DNA of 63,765 nucleotides, the filler included, from Vannella sp. (taxonomy: Eukaryota), in the NCBI GenBank assembly GCA_023345925.1. It is 9 parts of 9 records of this genome, joined end to end, with 100 filler letters (N's around TTAATTAATTAA, not from the genome) between each part and the next. Parts side by side here need not be neighbours in the genome. Positions count along the whole stretch, not along the records: positions 19,793 to 28,406 come from JAJQQN010001017.1; positions 28,507 to 33,470 come from JAJQQN010000281.1; 7 more parts are not named here. One strand, 5' to 3'. Below the pieces are notes generated by a model. That model did no database searches. It was not told the DNA's origin and worked only from the letters and a program-made list of their open reading frames with translations. Positions 22,032 through 31,197 of the stretch are shown one piece after another (position 1 is the stretch's first letter; each line of letters starts with the position of its first letter). The position numbers and the translations under genes are program-made.

Positions 22032-23217
22032 TCAAACCAGGTGCCAATAGTCCTTGCCTTCTATCCAGCCCATGGATAACAAATTGGCTTCAAATGCAGA
22101 AACAGGACCTCCTCCTAAAGACCGATTCAGAGCAACGCAGATGATGACTAGTGGCTTGGCCTCGGAAAAGTGGATAATTGGGATTTGGCGTCGAGAGTCG
22201 TGGTCGTGGTACTTGGTCCCTATCTTCTTCTCTGCAACGTCGCAGAAAGCGATCACTTTGGACTTGCTGAGGGGAGAGAGGGTCATAAAGAACTTCTTGC
22301 CATCCCTCCCCGCACCCCAAATAGTGAATTCGTGAACGAGAGAGAGAACCATCTTCTCCAAGTGCTGGACTTTCTCTTGTAGAAGGCGGTTCCGATGAAT
22401 GGAGAAGGAAGTGGCCCCTTTGTGATAGCGGTACACTGTCAGAGATTCTGGAAGCTTGCACACTTTCCCGGAGAGCTGCATCCACTTGTAGAAGAACATC
22501 ATGTCTTCAGGGCACCCAGGGTATTCTTCTGAGTACCCACCAACCAACTCCCACACTCTCCTGCTCATAAACCAAGTTGGGTGGGACAATGTCACTTCGC
22601 GGTATTGCTGGAGAACCAGGTCTTGAGGAGTTTCTAACGTTCTATGCCACTCTGTGAATCTAGGGGTGGCTTCTTCAGGCACTCTCGTGAAGTTACTACC
22701 CAATAGTGTTGGTTTCTCCAGCTTCTTTGCCGCTTTCCACATCGTCTCTGGACTCCGAGTGAGTCATCATTGGGAGTGTGTAGACTCACCTATTCGTGAT
22801 GGGACCATCATGTCGTCAGCGTCAAGGAAGCAGAGATAAGGAGCTTGGGAAGCCAGTATTGCCTGATTCTTGGCCCAACCGCAGCCCCGACCACCACTGT
22901 CACTTCTATTCTGTGAGAGGATAACCCTGATACCTGAATCCTCCATCTCATGCGCCACCCGTTGCACAATGTCCCATGATCCATCCTAATCCTCCTCAGC
23001 GATCTCCTGATAGAGCAATCAGAGAGCCCCTACCGTGCTCAGATCATCATAGAGTGACACCTCCATCAAACTCTTCGCTATAGACTGCAGCAAGACCGAG
23101 TGCAAGCACTCCTCGATCCACTCCTCGGCGTTCTTCATCTGCCTCCTCCCCTCATCAGCCCCCAAGCTCCGTTCTCGTCGCCTCTCGCACCGGGATGATC
23201 ACAGCCACTTCTGCCAT
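22032..23217 (-). CDS. B3GNTL1: GT2 glycosyltransferase B3GNTL1 (queuosine-tRNA galactosyltransferase QTGAL homolog), 4 exons
   Basis: Spliced N-terminus MAEVAVIIPMKNAEEWIEECLHSV...YDDLSTDGS, G.GWAKNQAI, YLCFLDADD, TPRFTEW, PTWF, PEDMMFFY, TIWGAGRDGKKFF, FCDV..KKI, FEANL...EGKDYWH. Confidence 0.9.
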
Positions 23218-23248
23218 GCGTGAGAGCGAAAGAAGTGGCATTTCCTTC

Positions 23249-25081
23249 ATGCCTGGGCCGAAGGAGAGCGCCCGGCTGATCCAGAGCTTCTGGCGGATGG
23301 GGCGCGCTCGCCAGAAGAGTGAGGGGCTTCTGTTGCTTGGAGAGTGATAGAGAGGACTGACGAGTGTAGTGAGGATGCATAGGATGCGGACGTTCCCTGT
23401 AAAGGAGCTGTTGCAAACCGAGTCCACCTTTGTTACCATCCTGGACGTCGTAGTGAACCTCTTCTTGCGACCTATTCGTGAACAGCGCTTGATGGATGAG
23501 ACCCAGATCAGAACGGTCTTCTCCAACGTCGAAATGATCCAACAACTCAACAGAACTCTCCTCCTCGACCTCAAACAGCGCGTTGAGAACTGGCACATCG
23601 AACAGAAGATAGGGGATGTCTTCCTTAAGATCGTACGTCCCTCCTTGCTTCCTCGAAGCCTGTCTTGCGACCCCCAGTTTCTGATGCAGACCAGGCGGAG
23701 TTCCTTAAGATCTACATCGACTACGTGAAGAACTACACGACGGCACTGAGCAAACTGGAAGAACTGGAACGAGGTAGCTCCGAACTGAGGGAGTTTATCA
23801 AGGTAACAGCCCTCCCTCTGCCTCCTCCACCAACCACCGGTCGGGCTCACCTCCTTTGTACAGGCACAGATGAAGAAGACGAAGAAGGAGCAAAGGAACT
23901 TGAACCTCCAATCATTCCTCATCACGCCAGTGCAACGGATTCCCCGGTACAACCTCACACTCAAAGAGATTAACAAGAACACGTGGCAGGGGCATCCCGA
24001 CTACTTGGACCTGATAGCAGCTGGAGAACAAGTTGAGAAGACAGCACTCTACGTCAACAAGCGTACAGACGACGCTCTCCGACAGAACGAAGTCTTCGAA
24101 CTTCAAAAGAAGATTTCTAACTTGGACGTGAGTGGCCCCTTCTGATTGGGCGTTGCCGTGCGTTGGGACCTAACAAACGTGACTCAGGGTGCTCTTGTTG
24201 CGCCTAATCGGTGGATTCTCAAGGAGGGGCGACTTATGCAGGAATATGATGCCAGCAAGAAGAAAAAGGCAATTCGGATGATTGGGGTGGTTTTGTTGAC
24301 CGACCTGCTTCTGTGCTTCACAGACGCTTCCTCAAACTCATCAGGGTCGATGAAGGGATCGAAGAGGTCTTCCCTACGGCGCCTGGTCAGTTCGGAAGAG
24401 CCGGAACACGTTCTGATTGGCAAAGTCTCTTTGGTCAAAGCCCGCATTGATGTTGCCCGACAGCTGGACTGTGAAGAGAAAGGCTATTTCCTTGTTGTGA
24501 CAGTTCGTAATGACATGTACTATCTCCTGGCACAAACCGATGCCCATCGCGAAGAGTGGAGAGCAGCCATTCAGACTCAAATAGATCAATTGGTAGAAGC
24601 TGAACGATTCTATGAAGGTAAGAGCTATCAGGGATCTTTGTAATCTACTGATGGCAGCCATTTAGAGCAAAAAGACTTGATAAGCGAGCAGAGAGCAGCG
24701 GAAGCTCGTGCGTTAATTGAGTATCACACGCGCTCTATCTCTAAGGAAGACGTCACACCGTCAGAAGGCAGTCCAAATCCAGGACTACGCAAGTTTGCCC
24801 AACGAAGGCAGACCAACACGTTAACGCCTTTAGAGAAACTAGATTTGGTAGCAGAAGCTCGCCAAAAGACCACTGAATTGAAGCGAGCGGATCTCGTTAG
24901 CTTGCGGAAGAAAGATTCAGAGAGAAAGAACCGTGTTGATGACTTTAAGAGCTCCGCCACCTCAAAGTATCGCCAAGATTTCAGTCCCAAAGAAAGTGCG
25001 GAACCCAGCGAACCTTCTCCAACCCCAGGACTCCGTAAGTTTGTCTCTATGAAGCGGAATGTCGCTTCCAACGCTCCTTGA
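23249..25081 (+). CDS. RhoGEF (IQ motif + DH + PH), multi-exon
   Basis: IQ-like LIQSFWRMGRARQK. DH motifs KELLQTESTFV, FSNVEMI, FLKIYIDYVKNY, LITPVQRIPRY. PH ending EEWRAAIQ. Tail repeat PSE.SP.PGLRKF x2. Confidence 0.88.
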
Positions 25082-25105
25082 TGTGCCATCTGATTAAACC
25101 AAATC

Positions 25106-25147
25106 GCATTTCACCACATTTCCTCGCATTTCACCTCATTTCACCTC
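25106..25147 (+). repeat. 10-bp-period tandem repeat (NCATTTCACC) x4 upstream of transporter ATG
   Basis: gcatttcacc acatttcctc gcatttcacc tcatttcacc tc. Confidence 0.8.
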
Positions 25148-25185
25148 TTTGCTGGTCACTTTTCGATCTCTTCAAGTGAAGGTGC

Positions 25186-27999
25186 ATGAAGAGTGTTGTT
25201 AACCCAGCTCTTTCGAGTCTGGATGAAGCAGGAGATCAAGAGCCTTCCTTGGATGGAGCTGGTGTGGTGGAGATGTCACGGTGGAGTACGGACTCGGCCC
25301 GTCTCACTTTGTCTTGGGAGCTGGGGGAGGAGCACCACTCCCACTTCAGGGAACAGAGAACCCGCAATTTGTGCGGTCTTGAGATTGGCTTGAACAAGCT
25401 GCGGCTGCGATGGGGCCTGGTGGATGACTTTGAAGTCGCTATTCGATATGTGGGGTGTATGATGTGCATTGTAGCTTTGATTCTGTATCTACCAGAAGAA
25501 ACACTTAGCTCTAAGCTTCCTGGAAGCTTCCTGATCGGTATCATTGCCTCCTTGATCTTTATGACTCCTTTCGTCGGTTCAGCCACCTCAAGCACTCTCT
25601 CATTTGTCCTTGCTACCTACTTTGCAGTGATCCCTGCCTATCTGACAATACTTATTCTTGGATCAGACACCCAATCAATCGTCCTGGAGCAGACAGAAGC
25701 AAGTACAGGTGAAATCATCTCCATAATGGGAGAAGTAGGATCTCCTAATCCCTATGCCACCGCCACTCTCATCTTCGTGATGAACTTTTTGATTGTTTAT
25801 TTGTCGGTAGCTTCTCTCTGGTGTAAAGGAGCCACCCTCATGTACAATGTTTTTGTCCTTTTATGGTATACAGCGATTACTGACCCTCTCGCTTCGAAGC
25901 TGACAGTGACTACTTTCGCGACACTGGGTAATACCTCTACTATTGGATGTTTATTCGCTCTTCTCTTCATAGCGTTGCCCTTCCCTCGCTCAGCTGGGAG
26001 GATTCGCCTTTTACCAACCCCTCGCCTCGCCATTCCCTTTGCTGTGCAGAAGCTGGATGCTGCCTCGAAGGAATTAGAGACAACCTTTGCTTCTATGAAC
26101 CATGAATATCAAAGTGGAGATCTCTGGCGGATGAAAGAGGGAATTCTGGATCACTACCAAGTCTCAATAGAAGGGGCTAGGGACCTGATAAGGCAGGCCC
26201 GAGAGCTACTATTTTCCTCTGGTAAATGGGAAATAACCATGCCTTTCTCGAGAGTCCGCTTTGCTACACTGGTCAAATATGCGGAGAATCTTAATCTGAT
26301 GTGTGTCCAATTGGACACCCTTTTAGTCGCATTTCGAGACCGTCTCAACAAATCGCTGCCCCAGGTTCAGAACTCTGAATGGTTGGAGATTAAAGACTCT
26401 GAGATCTTCAGTGCTCTGGACCAGATGCAAGCTTCAGTGTACCACTGTTTATCCAAAATCCGCCGCTCCCATTCTGGCAGTGAAGTTATCAGTATGAGAC
26501 TCGAAACTGAGATTGAAATCTTTCGTCAAAGAGTCGCTGAGTTCTTCAAGGATATTCAAATTGACGAACGTCTCACTCTAGAGGGTCGAGAGAAGGCCTA
26601 TCATTGCAATCTTCTTTGGAAGTTCGTTAATGTCACCCGGACCGTGATTTCAATCAACCAGTCTTTCGATAAGCCTAATATTACAGGTCCTCTCTTTCCT
26701 CGAAGAGCAGCCGACTGGGTATTCGAATATGTCGATGTCTGGAAGCAGTCTATTCATGAAACATTTATTCGGCTTATCTGGCGGCGAGATATAACCCTCC
26801 GCTCGTGGCTCTTTCATAGACATCGTTGCTTTGCTGGATCGTTCCAAATTGCTTTGGCCGCAATCATTGGAAGTGTGTTTGTCTTGGTAGATCATCTTCG
26901 AGTGAACATTCCCAGTGCCTTTGCTGTGGTAACAACTGCTGTCATCATCATGGACCGCGACAATCCCGGGATCCAATACGCGAAAGGAGAGTCTCGTCTT
27001 ACTGGCACTGCATTGGCAGTTGGCGGTGGCTTCCTTGTCAGCGCCATCTGGCCGGAGGGAAACCGCCTTGGAGTCCTCCTCTTCATGGGAGCCTACTCGT
27101 TCTTGGGACGGTTTACTCAATGCAGTCCGAGATATTCTTACATGGCGTTCACTTTCATGATAACAGTGTTCGCAATCCTCTTTCAGGAATCGCCCCTTCC
27201 TCAATTAGCCACCGTATCAGGAAGTACCAATGGCCGTGCTGTTGCCGCAACATTAGGGGTTGTCATCGCAAGTTTTTGTAATGTTCTCTGGCCTATTCGG
27301 TCGCGATGGCTGGCCCGTTATTACATTGCCAAGCATATCAAACAACATATTGTCCCTTTAGTGCATAACGCCTTCACTATCTTTCAAGATTCCGTGGATG
27401 GTAATGGGCCAAAGGTCCACACTACAATGTTTAAGATATCCTCTTGCATTGACAAACAACAGCTTCTTGTTGATAGCGCAAGCAGCGAACCCCTTCTCTG
27501 GAGGGATCCTTTTCCAACCAAGGCTTTCAGCCGCCTGGTTGATAGTGAGCGCCATCTAATTGTAAATCTCACAAGCTGTCATAAGATGAATCATCTAATG
27601 CGGATGAGGGCCACCCAGGCCGATCCAGAATCCCTTCATCGAGTTTTTTGTGAGACTGAAGAATGGGAATTCATGCGTGAACGGCTTATATTGAGACTTC
27701 AGCAAGTAATATGGGCGATTGAAACATCTTCTGAGGTATATCCTAGTGCTACTCCGCTACCAGAGAGCTTCTTCAAGTGGGCCATCTTCATTAAACGCTC
27801 TATGAGCAAGGAGTCTCTCCCAGCCGAGGCCCATATCTCTCTTTGGGCATTCCTTTTCAACTGCCAATTTGTGATGGAAGACATTGTGCGCCTTTGCTCA
27901 GCGGTGGACTGTCTCCAACAGAATGTGAGACAATTAAACGACGCTGGTCCAGTGATTGGCCTCTTTCCAGTGATATTCCCTCCTTCACGAGCACCATAA
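25186..27999 (+). CDS. Multi-pass membrane protein, FUSC/ALMT (aromatic acid exporter) superfamily-like
   Basis: Two TM bundles each followed by a helical domain. FUSC-like G....KG.SRL.GT.L and ...NVLWPIRSR. 937 aa, intronless. Confidence 0.7.
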   Translation: MKSVVNPALSSLDEAGDQEPSLDGAGVVEMSRWSTDSARLTLSWELGEEHHSHFREQRTRNLCGLEIGLNKLRLRWGLVDDFEVAIRYVGCMMCIVALILYLPEETLSSKLPGSFLIGIIASLIFMTPFVGSATSSTLSFVLATYFAVIPAYLTILILGSDTQSIVLEQTEASTGEIISIMGEVGSPNPYATATLIFVMNFLIVYLSVASLWCKGATLMYNVFVLLWYTAITDPLASKLTVTTFATLGNTSTIGCLFALLFIALPFPRSAGRIRLLPTPRLAIPFAVQKLDAASKELETTFASMNHEYQSGDLWRMKEGILDHYQVSIEGARDLIRQARELLFSSGKWEITMPFSRVRFATLVKYAENLNLMCVQLDTLLVAFRDRLNKSLPQVQNSEWLEIKDSEIFSALDQMQASVYHCLSKIRRSHSGSEVISMRLETEIEIFRQRVAEFFKDIQIDERLTLEGREKAYHCNLLWKFVNVTRTVISINQSFDKPNITGPLFPRRAADWVFEYVDVWKQSIHETFIRLIWRRDITLRSWLFHRHRCFAGSFQIALAAIIGSVFVLVDHLRVNIPSAFAVVTTAVIIMDRDNPGIQYAKGESRLTGTALAVGGGFLVSAIWPEGNRLGVLLFMGAYSFLGRFTQCSPRYSYMAFTFMITVFAILFQESPLPQLATVSGSTNGRAVAATLGVVIASFCNVLWPIRSRWLARYYIAKHIKQHIVPLVHNAFTIFQDSVDGNGPKVHTTMFKISSCIDKQQLLVDSASSEPLLWRDPFPTKAFSRLVDSERHLIVNLTSCHKMNHLMRMRATQADPESLHRVFCETEEWEFMRERLILRLQQVIWAIETSSEVYPSATPLPESFFKWAIFIKRSMSKESLPAEAHISLWAFLFNCQFVMEDIVRLCSAVDCLQQNVRQLNDAGPVIGLFPVIFPPSRAP

Positions 28000-28079
28000 A
28001 ACATAGATAGGTCTCCTAACTTGGGTATTGATTGATCTGATTCACTTGGCTTGGAACATTCTAGAAACATCTCGAACTC

Positions 28080-28406
28080 ATGACAGGTGGCTCCTCAGGA
28101 GGGAACAGGCGCGTCTGCGATGATCCAAAACGTGTAGGAGGTGACTCTGTTCTTCCTATGAGCTGCTTGTGGGGTGGTTGGGCGGTTGGTGTGCAAGCAG
28201 GGAGAATAAGATGGAGTCTCATGGATGATCTGGATGTTGCGTTCCGTTACACTGCATGCGTTGCCGCCATCGTGTCACTGATCCTTTATTTACCAACAGA
28301 GCTTCGCGAGAATGAGCTTCCTTCGGCTCATCTGGCAGGTATCTCCGCCACAATCATCTTCGCCGCCCCATTTTCAGGTGCAGCTGTGTCCGGCACCCTC
28401 TCCTGG
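28080..28406 (+). CDS. Tandem paralog of the FUSC/ALMT-like protein, 3' truncated
   Basis: RIRWSLMDDLDVAFRY...LILYLP...PFSGAAVSGTLS aligns with RLRWGLVDDFEVAIRY...LILYLP...PFVGSATSSTLS. Confidence 0.8.
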
Positions 28407-28506
28407 NNNNNNNNNNNNNNNNNNNNNNNNNNNNNNNNNNNNNNNNNNNNTTAATTAATTAANNNNNNNNNNNNNNNNNNNNNNNNNNNNNNNNNNNNNN
28501 NNNNNN
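28407..28506. other. Artificial contig spacer
   Basis: N44-TTAATTAATTAA-N44. Confidence 0.99.
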
Positions 28507-28793
28507 GTAGTCCAATAGAACACTGAAGTACTTAGGGTTGCGGTCAATAAAGCCGTCTTCCTCAGGCTTTGTGTCTTCGCTGAGGAGCAAGGCGTTGAAG
28601 AAAGGACAATTCTTTCCCAAAAGGGTCTCTCTAGTCGTGGCGAATCTCTTTCCACCCACATCCAACACCACCTTTTGCTTGTAACTCTGCCGAATCCGTC
28701 TGTTTAACGCTGCAAGGTCTTCTCTTTCACTTGTGCAACCACTGCTAGAAACGCGTTTGTTCCTTCCTCCAATCTTGTGGCCAGCTCTGTCAT
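28507..28793 (-). pseudogene. KCTD-type BTB/POZ (T1) domain gene, frameshifted and truncated by contig end
   Basis: VVLDVGGKRFATTRETL...PFF...FIDRNPKYFSVLLDY. The only plausible ATG (28793, MTELATRLEE) is in another frame that stops before the BTB domain. Confidence 0.6.
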
Positions 28794-28888
28794 CCGAAAG
28801 TCTGCAGGGAAAAATGAAAGAAGTTTGGTCCGAAGGAAAAAAGGGACATCTTTTCCTAAAAATTCCTGGAAATCGAAGTTAGTGTGGT

Positions 28889-28990
28889 GGCGGGAGAGGC
28901 AGCTTCCAAGTGTCAGTTACACCACTGCCCAACGGTTTCGGTTGACGGTTTGGTTTATAAAGGAGAGCCAGGACTACGGTAAGTCATAAC
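28889..28990 (+). promoter_or_regulatory. Putative core promoter of the class II RNR gene
   Basis: GGCGGGAG (E2F-like) 28889-28896, CAACGG/TGACGG (Myb/MSA-like) 28930-28948, TATAAA 28956-28961, TCATA initiator-like about 28 nt downstream. Confidence 0.4.
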
Positions 28991-29014
28991 ATACCGAACC
29001 GGTGAACACAGAAG

Positions 29015-31123
29015 ATGACTTTCGATAGCCACATGAACACAAACTGCAACAACTCTGAAATGCCTGCTGAACAACTCATCAAGTCTGCCATCCAAGCTCT
29101 CGATACCACTCCCTTAGTGAAGGTCTTCAACCAGTTCGCAGAAGTGGCAGAGACAAGCACCTCCAAGTTCACACTCCGAAAGGACTTTGTCCGATCGTAC
29201 GCCACACGACCTGCTGAGTTTGGCTTCAATGGTCTGGGAGAGATGGTCTACAAGAGAACCTACTCTCGCCTTAAGGACGACGGCACGAACGAGCAATGGT
29301 TCGAGACGGTCGCTCGCGTGGTCACCGGCTGCTTCAACATGCAAAAGGGCTGGATGGATCAACACCAACTGGCCTGGAACGAGTCTGAGCAACAAGACCT
29401 GGCGGAGGAGATGTACGAGCGAATCTTCTCCATGAAGTTCCTGCCCCCTGGCCGTGGTCTCTGGGCGATGGGCTCTTCCATCACTGAGGAGAAGAAGCTT
29501 TACGCTGCACTCAACAACTGCGCCTTTGTCTCCACCCAAGGCATGGCTGCCCACCCCACCAAGCCCTTCACCTTCCTAATGGACGCTTCCATGCTCGGTG
29601 TTGGTGTCGGCTTTGACACTCTTGGTGCTGGTTCCATTGACATCAAGGGCCCTGCTGACCTCCCCGCTGCTACCTTCCAGATCCCCGACACCCGCGAAGG
29701 CTGGGTCGAGTCCCTCCGCCACATGATGAACTCTTACTTCCACGGCTACGCTCCCGTTCAGTTCGACTACTCCCTCATCCGCTTGGCTGGTGCTCCCATC
29801 AAGGGCTTCGGAGGAGTCTCTTCTGGACCAGGATGTCTCATGGACCTCCACAGCGACGTGAAGGGAGCGCTTGATCGCAACATCGGAAGCCCCATCACCG
29901 TCACCGCCATCGTGGACATCATGAACCTGATTGGTCGTTGCGTTGTTGCTGGTAACCTTCGCCGCACTGCTGAGATCGCCTTCGGTGACCCTGAGGACGA
30001 CGAGTACATCAACTTGAAGAACTACGAGGTCAATCCCCAGCGCATGGCTTACGGCTGGACCTCCAACAACTCTGTCTTCGCACGTGTCGGTATGGACTAC
30101 ACTAAGGTCTGTGGTCTGGCTGCTACCAACGGAGAACCTGGCTTTGCTTGGCTCGAGAACATGCGCAAGTACGACCGCATGAACGGTGTTGTCACCAACA
30201 AGGACCACCGCGCCATGGGAGGAAACCCCTGCTTGGAGCAAACTCTGGAGAGCTTCGAGATGTGCTGTCTGGTCGAGACCTTCCCCAACAACCACGACTC
30301 TTATGAGGACTTCCAGGCCACCCTTCGCTGCGCTTACCTCTATGCGAAGACTGTTACTCTTGGCCGCACTCACTGGGCTGAGACGAACGCCGTTCTGCTC
30401 CGCAACCGACGCATCGGCACCTCCATGAGCGGCTTGGCTCAGTTCATCGCCCGCTTGGGACAGGAAGCTTTGCGCCAGTGGTGCGAGGACGGTTTTGACG
30501 CTATCCAGCGCTTCGACAAGGAGTTCTCCGATCGCTTTGCTGTGCCCATGTCCATCAAGACCACTTCCATCAAGCCCAGCGGCACTGTTTCGCTCTTGGC
30601 TGGTGCCACTCCCGGTCTCCACTACCCCATCTCTCGTTACTACTCTCGTCGTGTTCGCTTGGCCATTGACTCTGAGTTGGTGGCTCCCCTGAGGGCAGCT
30701 GGATACCACTTAGAACCCGCAGTCGGCAGCGAAGCCTCGACTCTTGTGGTCAGCTTCCCCGTCGATGCTGGTGTTGGCCTTCGTAAGGTGAAGGAGATCA
30801 GCATGTGGGAGCAATTGGCTCTGGCTGCATTCCTCCAACGCCACTGGGCTGACAACCAAGTCAGCTGCACCATCACCTTTGACCCTGAAACGGAAGGACC
30901 TCAGATGAAGCACGCTCTCGACATTTTCCAGTACCAACTGAAGGGCTGCTCGTTCTTGCCTCACTGCGACGGAGTCTACCCACAAATGCCTTACGAGGAG
31001 ATCTCGGAGCAGACTTTCAACGAGATGAACGCCGCCTTAAAGCCCATCCAATGGCAACAAGAGAATAACGCATTCGACCCTCAAGCTGAGCGTTTCTGTG
31101 ATGGCGACCACTGCACCCTGTAA
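29015..31123 (+). CDS. nrdJ: Class II (adenosylcobalamin-dependent) ribonucleotide reductase, monomeric RTPR type
   Basis: YKRTYSR, KFLPPGRGLW, NNCAF, GVGVGFDT, PDTREGWV, AGNLRRTAEI, radical-site NPCLEQ, CCLVE, RNRRIG, TSIKPSGTVS, DNQVSCTITF, YPQMPYEEI and the C-terminal redox pair FCDGDHC. No ATP cone, no introns. Confidence 0.95.
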   Translation: MTFDSHMNTNCNNSEMPAEQLIKSAIQALDTTPLVKVFNQFAEVAETSTSKFTLRKDFVRSYATRPAEFGFNGLGEMVYKRTYSRLKDDGTNEQWFETVARVVTGCFNMQKGWMDQHQLAWNESEQQDLAEEMYERIFSMKFLPPGRGLWAMGSSITEEKKLYAALNNCAFVSTQGMAAHPTKPFTFLMDASMLGVGVGFDTLGAGSIDIKGPADLPAATFQIPDTREGWVESLRHMMNSYFHGYAPVQFDYSLIRLAGAPIKGFGGVSSGPGCLMDLHSDVKGALDRNIGSPITVTAIVDIMNLIGRCVVAGNLRRTAEIAFGDPEDDEYINLKNYEVNPQRMAYGWTSNNSVFARVGMDYTKVCGLAATNGEPGFAWLENMRKYDRMNGVVTNKDHRAMGGNPCLEQTLESFEMCCLVETFPNNHDSYEDFQATLRCAYLYAKTVTLGRTHWAETNAVLLRNRRIGTSMSGLAQFIARLGQEALRQWCEDGFDAIQRFDKEFSDRFAVPMSIKTTSIKPSGTVSLLAGATPGLHYPISRYYSRRVRLAIDSELVAPLRAAGYHLEPAVGSEASTLVVSFPVDAGVGLRKVKEISMWEQLALAAFLQRHWADNQVSCTITFDPETEGPQMKHALDIFQYQLKGCSFLPHCDGVYPQMPYEEISEQTFNEMNAALKPIQWQQENNAFDPQAERFCDGDHCTL

Positions 31124-31197
31124 AGGATCATCCGCTAGGATGTGTACATTAATCTAACTGTGACTATCTATATAAAGAGGTTCTTCTTAAATCTGAC

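Noticed and set aside
23155..23982. 275-aa minus-strand ORF
   Set aside because: Antisense shadow of the DH-domain exons; only its last codons coincide with the B3GNTL1 first exon.
28840..29014. Cobalamin riboswitch upstream of nrdJ (CCACTG ... GAGCCAGGA, followed by a GTAAGT donor-like word)
   Set aside because: Tempting beside a B12 enzyme, but the core GGGAA-GGTG-AA.TCC, CCCGC.ACTGT and GACC elements are missing, and a TATA box sits inside, implying most of it is untranscribed. An Infernal search with RF00174 would settle it.
29576..30709. 377-aa antisense ORF inside nrdJ
   Set aside because: Shadow ORF expected from strong codon bias on the sense strand; no motifs.
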